64,000 bases of DNA from an uncultured Verrucomicrobiae bacterium (GCA_963813025.1 CAWEXO010000015.1:1-64000); one strand, 5' to 3'; positions 23,018 through 34,101 are shown, counted from the stretch's first letter. Notes: generated by a model not told the origin, from the letters alone. Numbers and translations are program-made.

Positions 23018-25163
23018 GTGGACCAGAACATTCATCGCGAACTGCGGGACGACGGTATCGCCTTGCTGACCTTCGACCGGCCGAACTCGGCGGCGAACAT
23101 CTTCGATCAAGCCACTTTTGTAGAGCTGAACCAATATCTCGACGAGATCGCGTCGCAAAAAGATCTCAAAGGTCTCATAATCCGCAGCGCGAAGCCCAGA
23201 ATCTTCATTGCCGGCGCGGACTTGAACGGGTTTACGAAGGACTTGAGTCCCGAAAAGATTGCCTGGCTCATCGAACAGGGGCAGAAAACCTTTGATCGCA
23301 TCAATAATCTCCCATTTCCGACGGCGTCCGCGATTCACGGGGTTGCTCTGGGCGGCGGTTTCGAGATCGCCCTGGCTTGCGATTACCGCGTCGCTTCCAT
23401 CGACTCGTCCACAAAAGTCGGTCTGCCGGAAACGACTTTAGGTATTTTGCCCGCCTGGGGCGGCTCGACCCGGTTGCCGCGCTTGGTCGGTTTACCAACG
23501 GCCCTCGAGGTAATCTTGACTGGCCGGCAGTATCCCGCGAAGCAGGCCCTGAAGCTCGGGTTTGTAGACGCGATCGCATATCCGGAGCGGATTCTTGATC
23601 TGGCAGTCAGCCTTGTTCGAAAAGCGACTCCCCGGAAGACGTCGCTCAAAATCCAGGCGACAAATCGTCCGCCGCTTTCTCGTTTGATCGCCAGCCAAGC
23701 CCAGAAAAAAACATTGGAGAAGACGCATGGCAATTATCCTGCGCCGCTGAAAGCTCTCGAGGTTGTTGTCGCTGGTCTGACGATTCCCCACGCCCAGTCT
23801 CTGGAGAACGAAAAGAACGCGTTCATCGAATTGGCGCGGGGAGCGGCTGCGCAGAATCTTATCCGCATCTTTTTCCTGCAGGAACGCGCGAAGAAACTGG
23901 CGGTCGCGCCCGACCAGACACCTCAGAAAATCAGCAAGGTCCTGGTCATCGGCGCCGGAACCATGGGAGCTGGAATTGCTCAGTGGTTAAGCGCTCGCGG
24001 GCTCCGCGTGATCCTGCGGGATATCAACCCAGAAGCGCTCGGCAAAGGAATGCAGACGATCGCGAAATTGTTCCGCGATGCAGTGAAACGGCGTCTTTTC
24101 ACCGAGGCCGAAGGCCGGAGCGGCTACGACCGGGTTGTTCCCATCTATCAGGACGTTCCCCTACGCGAGATCGATCTCGTCATTGAGGCTGCTGTCGAAA
24201 AGCTGGATCTCAAAGAAAAGATTTTTGCCGACATCGAGCCAAAGGTCGGCCGCGCCGTGCTCGCGACCAACACCTCGGCGCTCTCGATCGACGCAATTGC
24301 CGCTAATCTCACTCAGCCGGAGCGAGTCATCGGAATTCACTTTTTTAACCCGGTTCACCGGATGCAACTGGTTGAGGTCGTGGTCGGAACGAAGACCAGT
24401 CCGCTCGCTCAGGCTACAGCCGTCCAGTTTGTGAAAAAAATCGGCAAACTGCCGGTTCTGGTAAAGGATAGTCCCGGGTTCCTGGTCAATCGAATCCTGC
24501 TTCCTTACATGGTCGAGGCGGTCCGGATTTTTGCGGAGGGATATCGGGTCGAAAAGATCGACCAGCTCATGCTCGATTTCGGGATGCCAATGGGCCCGCT
24601 TCGCTTGATCGATGAAGTTGGTCTGGATGTGTCCATGCACGTGGCCAAGGATTTGGAAGCGCGGGTAAAACACCTCGCGCCAATGGACGATACCGTCGAA
24701 CAGATGGTCGCGAAAGGCTGGCTCGGCAAGAAATCCGGCAAGGGTTTTTATGAATATCGGATCGGGCCGGAAAGAATGGCCTAACCCGCAACTGAAAGAA
24801 TTCCAGAAAAGAACGGTCGCCGAGACGGATGATGCCATGGTCCGGGACCGGATGGTTCTGGTCATGGTCAATGAGGCGGCGCGCTGTTTGGAGGAAGGAG
24901 TTGTTTCTGCTCCGGAAGATGTTGATTTCGCAATGATCATGGGAACTGGCTGGGCGCCATTTCGGGGAGGGCCGCTCAAGTACGCGGATTCCTTGGGCAT
25001 CGGCACGGTGGTGAACCGGCTGGAAACTCTGCAGACGACCGCTGGATCCCATCTTGCGCCCTGCGGTCGTTTAAAGGAGATAGCCGAACGTCGCGGATCG
25101 TTTTTGGAAAATGCCGGTAACCCCATGAATGCGAATCCGCCGGCCGCCGAGACCGCCGCGTAA
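23018..25163 (+). CDS. fadJ: Fatty acid oxidation complex alpha subunit (enoyl-CoA hydratase / 3-hydroxyacyl-CoA dehydrogenase), frameshift near 24765
   Basis: FIAGAD, GGGFE, GAGTMG, ATNTS, HFFNP, PGFLVNR; C-terminal VNEAARCLEEG...FRGGP in the next frame. Confidence 0.9.
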
Positions 25164-25167
25164 ACCT

Positions 25168-27121
25168 ATGAAAGAGACTCTGGAATCCACTGACGTACTT
25201 GCGCCGAGCGAGATGCCGAAACCTGGCGCTTTGGCGACGCTACCCGCCCATCGAGTATAGCCGAGCCTCTTTCGACCCAAGACAGCTGCAAAAACTGTTG
25301 GATGGGGAACACGCGGCGACTCGGGACGAGGTCAAGTCCCTTATCACCAGTCCGGCTTTCCGATACTACGAAGGGACCGACGTCGCCGCTTACCGTCGAC
25401 AGGTTCTCGCCTGGACCCACGCCTTCGCCAAGGAAGGATTTGGCCTGATCTTCATGCCTAGGAGCGTCGGTGGAGAAGAGAATCTGCCAAAGTTTATGGC
25501 GGCGTTTGAAACGCTGGCGTTTCACGATCTCAGTCTGGTGATTAAAGCCGGGGTTCAATTTGGTTTGTTCGCTGGTAGTATTCAGCGGCTTGGCACCGAG
25601 TACCATCACCGAAAATATCTGGCCGATGCGGGAACGACCCGGCTGCTCGGTGTGATTCGCCATGACCGAGATCGGCCATGGCTCAAACGTGCAGGGAATC
25701 GAAACGACGGCCACTTACGATCGAGCATCCGATTCTTTCGTGATCGACACACCCTGCTATTCTGCCGGCAAGACTTACATTGGGAATGCCGCCGATGACG
25801 GCCGACTGGTAACGGTCTTTGCCCAACTGGAAGTGAACGGCGAGCACCACGGGGTTCACGCGTTCCTCGTCCCGGTCCGCAACGAGGCTGGCGAGATTTT
25901 GCCCGGTATACGCATCGAAGACAACGGTTTGAAGATGGGTCTGAATGGAGTCGATAACGGTAAGCTCTGGTTCGACCATGTCAGGATTCCGCGCTCGGAG
26001 ATGCTAAATCGGTTTGCCGAGGTCAGTTCCGATGGGAAATATCCCAGCGGCATCAAGAGCCAGGGGGCTCGTTTCTTCACGATGATCGGTACGCTGGTCA
26101 GCGGGCGAATCAGCATCGCTGCTACCGGCAACAGCGTGGCGAAATCAGCTCTGACTATCGCCATGCGGTATGCCGCGCGCCGGCGCCAGTTCGGTCCATC
26201 ACCGTCCGCGAAAGAAACGCTCCTGCTCGACTATCCTTCGCATCAGGAGAGGCTGTTTCCGCTGCTCGCCAATGTTTACGCGCTCGACTTTGCCCTCAAG
26301 CGACTGGTGCGGGAAAACGAGACGGCTTCACCCGGCCAGTCCCGTCCGCTGGAAACACTGGCCGCCGGTCTGAAAGCCTACACGACGTGGAACGCTACGC
26401 GAATAATCCAGACTTGCCGGGAGGCCTGTGGCGGCGAGGGATACATGAGGTGAATCGGTTAGCCGCGCTGAAGGCTGACACCGATGTCTATGCCACGTTT
26501 GAAGGCGACAATACGGTCCTAATGCAGCTGGTTGCCAAAAACTTGCTTTCCGAGTTCAAGGATTCGCTTAAAGCGATGGGTCCGGGGGAGGTCGCCGGAT
26601 ATTTTCTCAACCAGAAGATGAGTAATGTTCTGCGCCGAAACCCGCTCCGAATCTGGAACTGCGGCCGGCGGCATCTTCTCGATCCCCATGCTCAGCTTTC
26701 CCTCTTTCGTTCCCGGGAGAGCGCGCTGCTGTTGCGCGCCGCAGCCCGATTTCGCAAAGAGCTGAAACGGAGAGGGGCCGATGCTTATTCGGCGATCGTT
26801 CGGGCTCAGCCTGATCTTCTTGAGCTCGCCCACGCGCATGTCGAGCAAGTCGTCCTTTCGCATTTTGTGGAAGCGATTTCGGCTACCGCAGACGCTGACC
26901 TGCGTTCCGTTTTGAAACGTCTCTGTGATCTCTTTGCCCTGACTCATCTTTATGAGGGCAGAGGATGGTTCCTCGAGAACATGGCCATGTCGCCGCTGCA
27001 AACGAAAACGTTGCGACGCCTCATCGAACAGCTTTGCGCCGAGCTGCGCAATGATGCCCTGGCGCTGGTCGATGCTTTTGGTATTCCGGACACCTGTCTG
27101 GCCGCGCCGATCGCTTTGTAA
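25168..27121 (+). CDS. Acyl-CoA oxidase-like flavoprotein with frameshifts near 25245, 25655 and 26450
   Basis: GVQFGLF, MTEIGHGSNV, KTYIGNAA, GLNGVDNG, CREACGGEGY, TFEGDNTVL and C-terminal LVDAFGIP across consecutive frames. Confidence 0.85.
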
Positions 27122-27166
27122 GGAAGCGCACCTAGCGGAAGCAGGCTTCCGCTAGGTGCGCTTCCT
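27121..27166. terminator. Perfect 22-bp inverted repeat between convergent genes
   Basis: AGGAAGCGCACCTAGCGGAAGC-AG-GCTTCCGCTAGGTGCGCTTCCT; overlaps the rsmA stop codon. Confidence 0.7.
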
Positions 27167-28480
27167 GTATGCTTCCAAAAATCCGGGTGCGAAATCCTCT
27201 GGTGTTCGGGCGATCCATCGATCGACGATCGATAGAGGAAAAAAACCAACTTCCTGAATTTCCTGGGGATTGTAGGCCAGAGGTTCGTCCGAGAAGGTTT
27301 CAAACAGCCAGATAAACTCGTATCCAGTCTGCTCAGACGCCGGAATTTTTGCCCGCAGTTTTGGCTCAGCTACGCTCAAGCCAAGTTCCTCTTTCAGCTC
27401 GCGTACGGCGCAATGAAAATAATCCTCGCCACTCTCGACATGGCCGGAGGCGCTGGAATCCCACCGTCCCGGATGCTGCTGTTTCCAAACGGATCGATGC
27501 TGGAGCAAGATCTCTCCTTGGCTATTGAAGACAAAGACGTGCACCGCTCGGTGCAAATGTGCCTGCTCATGGACGGTCTTCCGCGCGGATGGCCCGATGA
27601 CGCAATCAGCGGCGTCGACTATATCCAACTGCTCGTCGGCTTCTTCCGGACCGTACGTCTGAGGTCGAAGCAGATTGGTGAGTTCAATCCATTGGCAAAG
27701 AGAAAGCGCTTCGGCTCGGGCGTTCAATTCTGCTCCCACTTTTTTCAGCGCCTCGGACACGGCACCGGCTTCGACGATCCAGCCCAGCAGACTCGTCAAC
27801 TGCTTACGACGCTGGGAAAATCCCCTCTTCACCAGGAAACGGAAGAATGGCCAGTCGGTCGCGGGCAGAGAACCTGGAAGCCTTGGCCGAAGCAGGATCG
27901 CGGCCGAATCGACTTGGGGCGGCGGCAGAAAAACGGAGCGCGGCAAGACCCGGAGCAGGCGTGCTTCCCACCGAGCCTGAATGACCAGACTCAGGCTGCC
28001 GTACGCTTTTGTGCCCGGCCGGGCAACCAGCCTCTCCGCCACTTCTTTCTGAAGGACCAGAACAATACGGCTGAACGGACAAGGCTCGGCGGCGTAGTGA
28101 AAGATTAACGGAGTTGAGATGTAATAAGGGAGAGCACCCAAAAGCTTCGTTGGACGGCTGGCAAAAAACTCGCGCGGATCGTACTCCAGTGCGTCCCCGG
28201 AGATTACATTTACTTGCGTTGAGGGGAATTGTTCCTGAAGGTAGGAGGCAAACAATTTATCCTTTTCGAGTAAAGTTGCCGACAAGCCCGATTTGAGCAT
28301 TTGCACGCTCAAAGCCCCTAGGCCGGGACCGATCTCAACAACGTGTTCACCCGCTCTGAGATCAAGTTGCGCAACAATCCATTCAGCGAGATTTTGATCA
28401 TGTAAGAAGTTCTGGCCCAATGACTTACGCGGAGAGGCCCCTAAGCGCTCCAAGGTTGACATGATTTCAGAGATTTTCAC
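27152..28480 (-). CDS. rsmA: 16S rRNA dimethyltransferase RsmA/KsgA fused to a C-terminal Nudix (IDI-like) domain
   Basis: KSLGQNFL, VEIGPGLG, LPYYIST, QKEVAER, FSQRRK; then HRAVHVFVFN...GHVESGE...AVRELKEELG Nudix box in the same frame. Confidence 0.92.
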   Translation of the reverse strand: MKISEIMSTLERLGASPRKSLGQNFLHDQNLAEWIVAQLDLRAGEHVVEIGPGLGALSVQMLKSGLSATLLEKDKLFASYLQEQFPSTQVNVISGDALEYDPREFFASRPTKLLGALPYYISTPLIFHYAAEPCPFSRIVLVLQKEVAERLVARPGTKAYGSLSLVIQARWEARLLRVLPRSVFLPPPQVDSAAILLRPRLPGSLPATDWPFFRFLVKRGFSQRRKQLTSLLGWIVEAGAVSEALKKVGAELNARAEALSLCQWIELTNLLRPQTYGPEEADEQLDIVDAADCVIGPSARKTVHEQAHLHRAVHVFVFNSQGEILLQHRSVWKQQHPGRWDSSASGHVESGEDYFHCAVRELKEELGLSVAEPKLRAKIPASEQTGYEFIWLFETFSDEPLAYNPQEIQEVGFFPLSIVDRWIARTPEDFAPGFLEAYRKRT

Positions 28481-28613
28481 TTGGCAAGTTTTATGCTCCC
28501 CGAAGTTGCCAACCACTTTTTTCCCCTTAAATCGGGGTTTTTAACAAGTTATTCACAGCCGAGGTTCCGCCAAAATCCTCGGAACGGCGGTAAAAATCGA
28601 ACCTGCCCGTCGC

Positions 28614-29762
28614 TTATTCCATCTTCTTCTTTGCATCGCGCCGGAACAGTCTCCGAGCTTCGCCCAGTGATGCTCCCTCAATAAAATAGGCGACTGCCGC
28701 TCGTCCAATCGCATATGTGCCCGCGCCCGCGATCCCCCCCGAAATAGCGTTTCCCCAACCCGGAAAAATTTTTACCGCCGCTCGCGCGCTTTCCCGCAGG
28801 ATCATCGCCACGCCGAGATTCGCGCCGAGAGCGCCGCAGAACTCGGTAGCCGCTCGCATGCTCAACTCCCGCCCACTCAAATGCATCAATCCGGCAACCA
28901 TCGCTACCTGAAGCGAGGTCAACACGGGCAGGTCAGCCAGCGGAATCGGCTGAGCACCGATCGCAGCGCAGATGGTTGAGACCGAGCGGACCAACCGATG
29001 ACCAATTTCGCTCTGCGCGTTCTTGGCGTGTACCAAACGGGCCATCTCCACCTGAGCGTCTTCGGGAAGCTCTTTCGTCAGCAGTTCGGCCAGTTCGGAA
29101 ACGTTCTTTCGCTCATCTCTGCCCTTATCAAGCGAACCGTCGGCTCGAAACCGGACAAACGAGCGGACTGCCAGGCTTCGAACAAAATGCGGTGCAAGGA
29201 CAGTATGCCCGCTTAGCCACGCCTGAAGTTCCAATCGTTTGCCTTCGATTTCTTGATCGGATACTCCGACCGGACACTCCAGGATGCCAACCAAAGGCAC
29301 GCGTGTTTGATGTCTCTGGTGAACAAAATCGACGACGCGAGCCGCCTGTTCACACTCGAGACCGACATCGAGTTTCTTGTGTCCATCGGCCAGGAACAGC
29401 AACAAATCCGGTCCCTCTTCCGACAAAGCCCCCGAAAGCATGCTCCAGGACAAGCTGTTTTCGTTCAGTCGACGTGCATCGAGTACCCTTACTCCCCCGT
29501 GCCCCGGCTGCTGGTAACCGATCCAACCAGGCGAAGATTGCGTCTCGTCCAGGCGGAGATCGGATTCCACGAGCGCCGAAAAAAGCGCTGAAGCGTCGAC
29601 CGATGATTGACCCAGCAGACAGATCTTCGGCAACCGCTGAGCCAGAAAAATCTGTTTCACCGGGCGCAGCTCCTGCAGAATGGCATTTTGCAGCGGAGCG
29701 GGAAGCCGGCCAAGCAATGCTTCCAATCGCTCGTAAATCCGGAGCAAACTATTCTGGTTCAT
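28614..29762 (-). CDS. DUF697/YcjF-like protein with GTPase-like N-terminal region
   Basis: C-terminal GAQPIPLADLPVLTSLQ...PGWGNAISGGIAGAGTYAIG pattern. Confidence 0.75.
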   Translation of the reverse strand: MNQNSLLRIYERLEALLGRLPAPLQNAILQELRPVKQIFLAQRLPKICLLGQSSVDASALFSALVESDLRLDETQSSPGWIGYQQPGHGGVRVLDARRLNENSLSWSMLSGALSEEGPDLLLFLADGHKKLDVGLECEQAARVVDFVHQRHQTRVPLVGILECPVGVSDQEIEGKRLELQAWLSGHTVLAPHFVRSLAVRSFVRFRADGSLDKGRDERKNVSELAELLTKELPEDAQVEMARLVHAKNAQSEIGHRLVRSVSTICAAIGAQPIPLADLPVLTSLQVAMVAGLMHLSGRELSMRAATEFCGALGANLGVAMILRESARAAVKIFPGWGNAISGGIAGAGTYAIGRAAVAYFIEGASLGEARRLFRRDAKKKME

Positions 29763-29809
29763 GTGTCTGATCGTAACAGTCGGCGAACAGTGATCGCGGC
29801 GGTTTTCGT

Positions 29810-30289
29810 TCAATCCGCTGCGACAAGCGCGTTGCGTAGCAACTTAGCATGCGTGCTCGGGCTGACCTTGCGGAGGATATCCGTTATCTTCTGGTCTGGC
29901 CCGATCAGAAAGGTCGTCCGCTCTGTTCCCATGTACTTCTTGCCATACATGCTTTTCTCGACCCAGACGCCGTAGGCTGTCACGATCGCCTTCTCCGGAT
30001 CGCTCAACAATGGAAAAGGAAGACCGTGCTTGTTAATAAACTTTTGATGGCTTTCCGGGGTGTCAACGCTGACACCGAAGAGATCGGCTTTGGATTGGAT
30101 CTCTCCCCACGTATCGCGTAAGTCACAGGCTTGACGGGTGCAGCCGGGCGTCTCGTCCTTCGGATAAAAATAGAGAACGAGGTTCGCGCCTTTGAAATCG
30201 GCTAAACGCACCGTCTGACCCGCTCCGTAAATCCCGCCAACCGCCGTTGCTGTAAAGTCCGGCGCAGGATCACCAATGTTCAATTCCAT
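29810..30289 (-). CDS. bcp: Thioredoxin-dependent peroxiredoxin
   Basis: LYFYPKDETPGCTRQAC, EKSMYGKKYMGTERTTF. Confidence 0.95.
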   Translation of the reverse strand: MELNIGDPAPDFTATAVGGIYGAGQTVRLADFKGANLVLYFYPKDETPGCTRQACDLRDTWGEIQSKADLFGVSVDTPESHQKFINKHGLPFPLLSDPEKAIVTAYGVWVEKSMYGKKYMGTERTTFLIGPDQKITDILRKVSPSTHAKLLRNALVAAD

Positions 30290-30343
30290 AGGAGACCACG
30301 CTCTCATCGAGCGGAGACAGGTTCAACGTTCAACGACTAAAAA

Positions 30344-30520
30344 GTGTCAGTGTTAGTGCTGGTGTGCAGTGTCGGATCGAAGTTGACCGGCTGTCCACGG
30401 CCGGCCTCGTAGCGCGGACGGCCTCGTCCGCATTTGGGCGCCGCTGCACGAGGCCCTACGCATTAAGCGGGGACAACGGCGGGAACGGACACTGGTCACT
30501 GACACTGACACTGGCACTAA
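30344..30520. repeat. Element with inverted hexamer-repeat arms (AGTGYY / RRCACT) around a GTAGCGCGGACGGCCTCGTCCG REP (30409-30430)
   Basis: GTGTCAGTGTTAGTG at the left end, CACTGACACTGACACTGGCACTAA at the right end. Confidence 0.75.
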
Positions 30521-31719
30521 TTCGAGCCGGCCGCCGTTTGCACAAGCCACTGAAGGGCGCCTTCCGCCGCCAGCGTCGCAGTGGCAAAGCAGCCTTGAAG
30601 AAGGTAACCTCCAGTTGGCGCATCCCAATCGAGCATCTCGCCGGCACAGAAGACTCCGGGATAGTGATGGAGCATCAGATCTTTTTGTAACTCCTCCCAA
30701 GCAACGCCACCGGCGCTCGAAATCGCTTCGGCGATCGGGCGAGGTCGATCCAGCCGAAACTCACACTTTTTCATCGCGGAGACCAGCCCATCGCCGGTCT
30801 GCGGAGAGCAGATCTCGTTTATCAACGCCAGGGCCGTCGCGCTCAGACGAAAGACCCGACGTGCCAGCTCTTCCATCGTGAAAGACGAACTCTGAAGCAG
30901 GCGCCTTTGCAGAGCTTCGCGAGGCACTTGCGGCTTAAAGTCTATGGCGATTTCCGGAGACGCCCGGAGTTCCCGGGAGAGCTGGTAAAGAGCGCCCCCC
31001 TCGAGCCCGTACTTGGTAATGAGCAGCTCGCCTTTCACCGACCGCTCCGCGCAGGTCACCGCCACATTTTTCAAAGGGCGGCCGTCGGCAACTTTCAGGA
31101 AATCCGCGGACCAGGCACGTTCCCAGCCGACGTTCGACGCCACAAAGTTCCGCACCTTGATATCCATTTGGCGAAACTGATCGACCCATCGGCCGTCGGA
31201 TCCGGTTTGCGGCCACGAGGCACCACCCAAGGCGAAAACCACTACGTCCGAGGTGATAAGCGAAAACTCATGGCCACACTGGAACACTAAATCGAACGGC
31301 TGGTGCCCGAGAAGGTGATGAAATCGGTGGTTGCTCTTGATTTCGATCTCCAGATCTTCCAGGAGCTCCATCCATTTCTCCAGAACCGCCGAGGCACGCA
31401 TTGTTCTCGGAAAAACACGTCCGCTGGTACCGACAAAAGTCGCAACACCCAATTCTTCGAACCAGCGGCGGAGATCTTCTGAAGAAAATCGCGCCAGAAT
31501 CGTCGCCCAACGTTCTGGAGAGTCGTAGCGGCTGGCAAAAGTCTCCAACGGCTCAACATGCGTGATGTTCAAACCGCCTCGGCCAGCTACCAGGAATTTT
31601 CGGCCGATCGAGCGCTTTTGCTCGAATATGGTGACCCGGCAACCGCCTCTGGCCAAAACCTCTGCCGCTCTGAGTCCGGCCGGACCCGCTCCAATGACTG
31701 CCGCGATCGGACGACTCAC
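30517..31719 (-). CDS. HI0933/BaiN-like flavoprotein
   Basis: VIGAGPAG, GRKFLVAGRGGLNITH, GGASWP, GEMLDWDAPTGGYLLQ. Confidence 0.92.
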   Translation of the reverse strand: MSRPIAAVIGAGPAGLRAAEVLARGGCRVTIFEQKRSIGRKFLVAGRGGLNITHVEPLETFASRYDSPERWATILARFSSEDLRRWFEELGVATFVGTSGRVFPRTMRASAVLEKWMELLEDLEIEIKSNHRFHHLLGHQPFDLVFQCGHEFSLITSDVVVFALGGASWPQTGSDGRWVDQFRQMDIKVRNFVASNVGWERAWSADFLKVADGRPLKNVAVTCAERSVKGELLITKYGLEGGALYQLSRELRASPEIAIDFKPQVPREALQRRLLQSSSFTMEELARRVFRLSATALALINEICSPQTGDGLVSAMKKCEFRLDRPRPIAEAISSAGGVAWEELQKDLMLHHYPGVFCAGEMLDWDAPTGGYLLQGCFATATLAAEGALQWLVQTAAGSN

Positions 31720-32660
31720 CGGCTTAACTCAAGCATTCGTAAAATTGGCCGTTCGGCCCGGCGACGCAGTCCCTCCGGCAAAAGGATTTCGGGTCGGAGA
31801 TCGGCGAGAGAATCTCGCAATTTCTCCAAGGTGTTTCGTTTCATAAACCGGCAATCGGCACAAGCGCAGTTCTCGGTCGGACCCGGGATAAAATTCTTGC
31901 CAGGCACCTCTTTCTTCAGCCGATGCAGCATTCCCGACTCGGTGACCACAATAAAGTTTTCCGCGGGAGCGTTGCGGCAAAAACCGATCATCTTTTCCGT
32001 CGAACAGACTTCGTCAGCGAGCAGGCGAACTGCGTAAGTGCATTCCGGATGCGCTACAACCAGCGCATCGGGATAAGTCTCTCGGACGGCCTGAATGCTG
32101 TTGCGAGTAAATTCGACATGCAGGTAACAAACACCTCGCCACAGATCCATTTTGCGTCCGGTTTTTTCCATAACCCATGCTCCAAGGTTTTGGTCGGGCA
32201 CAAACAGGATATTGCGGTCAGCCGGAACGGTTTGCACGATTTTGATCGCATTTCCGCTGGTGCAGATAACATCGGAGAGCGCCTTTACCGCGGCGCTGCA
32301 GTTGATGTAAGCAACCACATAGTAGTTTTTGGCCGCATTTTCCTCCAAGAAAGCCTCGAGCCGATCGGCCGGACAAGACTCGGACAGTGAACAACCGGCT
32401 TCCAGATCGGGCAAAACGACCGTCTTGGACGGATTGACGATCTTTGCGGTCTCCGCCATGAAATGCACACCGCAGAAGACAATAACATCGGCGGCGGTCT
32501 CCTTGGCCTTGAAACTCAGACCGAGCGAATCACCGACGTAATCCGCGACGTCCTGGATCTCCGGCACTTGATAGTTGTGCGCAAGAATCACCGCATTTCG
32601 CTCTTGTTTGAGCCGACGCACTTCCGCCGCCAGATCGTAGCCTTCCATGAGAGCAACCAT
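31716..32660 (-). CDS. nadA: Quinolinate synthase
   Basis: ILAHNYQ, FCGVHFMAETA, GCSL, YINCSA, AHPEC. Confidence 0.96.
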   Translation of the reverse strand: MVALMEGYDLAAEVRRLKQERNAVILAHNYQVPEIQDVADYVGDSLGLSFKAKETAADVIVFCGVHFMAETAKIVNPSKTVVLPDLEAGCSLSESCPADRLEAFLEENAAKNYYVVAYINCSAAVKALSDVICTSGNAIKIVQTVPADRNILFVPDQNLGAWVMEKTGRKMDLWRGVCYLHVEFTRNSIQAVRETYPDALVVAHPECTYAVRLLADEVCSTEKMIGFCRNAPAENFIVVTESGMLHRLKKEVPGKNFIPGPTENCACADCRFMKRNTLEKLRDSLADLRPEILLPEGLRRRAERPILRMLELSR

Positions 32661-33934
32661 GATTGCCAACTATCCGGTGCGGGGTTTTTCGTGCAACTCG
32701 TTTTGGAGTGCGGGCGACGAGAGTCCGCACGCACTCCAAGATGCTCGCTTATCTCTCCCAACCAGATTGCCTCCACTAGTTCGCCCGGTTCCACCCGCGT
32801 TCCGGGATCGACTCTCGCCAGGGCATTGGCCATGGATAAGCCGTAGAGCGCGTGCGATGCTTGATTACCAACCGGCAAAAATTTCCCTTTTTCAATCCGT
32901 CCGCGAAAAAAACTTGTCCGGTCACCCGGGTTCTCTAGAAGAACTCCGGCCGGCACCTGGATTTTAGCTGGATCAAGTTGTCCGCTGCCGCCCATCCTTA
33001 AGATCGCCGGACGCACGAAGACGAAGAAGGTGACAAATGCTGAAACGGGATTGCCAGGCAACCCGAAAACCGGCTTCTCTCTTAGCTGGCCAAACAAGAA
33101 TGGTTTGCCCGGCTTGATCGCCACGCGCCATAGATCGATGTCCGCCCCCAATTTGACCAGCGCCGGTTTTGCATAGTCCCGCTGACCAACCGACATGCCG
33201 CCCATCACGACGACGGCCTCGCATTCGCCGCCGCGACTAAAAACATTTACCGTTTGATCCTCGTCATCAGCCACCAGGTCGAACAAAACCGGGTCGCCGC
33301 CCGCTTGCCGGATAAGTTCGGTGACCATGATTCGATTGGTCTCATAGATTTCTCCCGGACCGAGCACCTCGCTGCCTCCGCGCAGTTCTGACCCGGTCGC
33401 AATCACCGCGATCTGCGGGCGTCGAAAAACGATCACTCGATCCAGACCCTGCGATGCGAGCACGGCAAGCCGCGACGCCGAGAGCCTGTCCCCCGCGGTG
33501 ACCAATCGCTGGCCCTCCGCCAGATCCGCGCCTCGCGCGCGAATATTTTCCCCGGGGGAGACCGCTTCCCGAATGCAAATCGTCTCCCCGTGCCTCTCGC
33601 AGTCTTCTTGCCTGATAACGGCGTCCGCCCCTCGGGGAAGAGGCGCTCCAGTATAGATCCGAATCGCGGCGCCCTCCGCCAATGTTAGTCCCTGGTCCGG
33701 ACCCGCCGGTTGCTCGCCTGCAAGGCGCAGCCCCTCTCCCAAGCGCGCTTCCGCCGCACGGACAGCATAACCATCCATGGAAGAATTATTGAATCGGGGC
33801 AAAGGGATCGTCGCCCGGAGGGATTCAGCAACAAACCGGCCGCCGGCGGCCGAGAGCTCGATCGTCTCGGGCCGGACCGGCTTCACGCCAGCCAAAACGC
33901 GCGTCAAGGTCTCCTCAATGCTGAGCAGCTTCAT
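32588..33934 (-). CDS. moeA: Molybdopterin molybdotransferase (true 3' end probably near 32745)
   Basis: SSMDGYA, IYTGAPLP, TGSEL, KPGKP, GLPGNPVS. Confidence 0.92.
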   Translation of the reverse strand: MKLLSIEETLTRVLAGVKPVRPETIELSAAGGRFVAESLRATIPLPRFNNSSMDGYAVRAAEARLGEGLRLAGEQPAGPDQGLTLAEGAAIRIYTGAPLPRGADAVIRQEDCERHGETICIREAVSPGENIRARGADLAEGQRLVTAGDRLSASRLAVLASQGLDRVIVFRRPQIAVIATGSELRGGSEVLGPGEIYETNRIMVTELIRQAGGDPVLFDLVADDEDQTVNVFSRGGECEAVVVMGGMSVGQRDYAKPALVKLGADIDLWRVAIKPGKPFLFGQLREKPVFGLPGNPVSAFVTFFVFVRPAILRMGGSGQLDPAKIQVPAGVLLENPGDRTSFFRGRIEKGKFLPVGNQASHALYGLSMANALARVDPGTRVEPGELVEAIWLGEISEHLGVRADSRRPHSKTSCTKNPAPDSWQSWLLSWKATIWRRKCVGSNKSEMR

Positions 33935-33984
33935 CCCAGGTCCACAGTGCCCTTAGGAGGTCGGATCGGCAACCCCAGATCACC

Positions 33985-34100
33985 TGGCCGATGACCAATG
34001 GCCGATGACCGATGACCAATGGCCGGGGGCCGGTGGCTGACCGATGACCGAAACTCCTTCTCCTTGAACTCCTTGACTCCTATGACTCCTGACTCCTCCC
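33985..34100. repeat. Short tandem repeats (CCGATGA/CCAATGG heptamers; ACTCCT-based 7-9-mers)
   Basis: Direct reading; the same two motifs recur at about 36588-36645 on the other side of the GH3 gene. Confidence 0.8.
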
Positions 34101-34101
34101 C

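Noticed and set aside
22440..26460. Programmed frameshifting in the fad operon
   Set aside because: No consistent slippery motif, and similar indels occur in unrelated genes; sequencing error is simpler
32588..32745. C-terminal extension of MoeA overlapping nadA
   Set aside because: The extension runs through a REP-like hairpin (TTGGAGTGCG...CGCACTCCAA) and into nadA; more likely a lost stop or indel than a real domain
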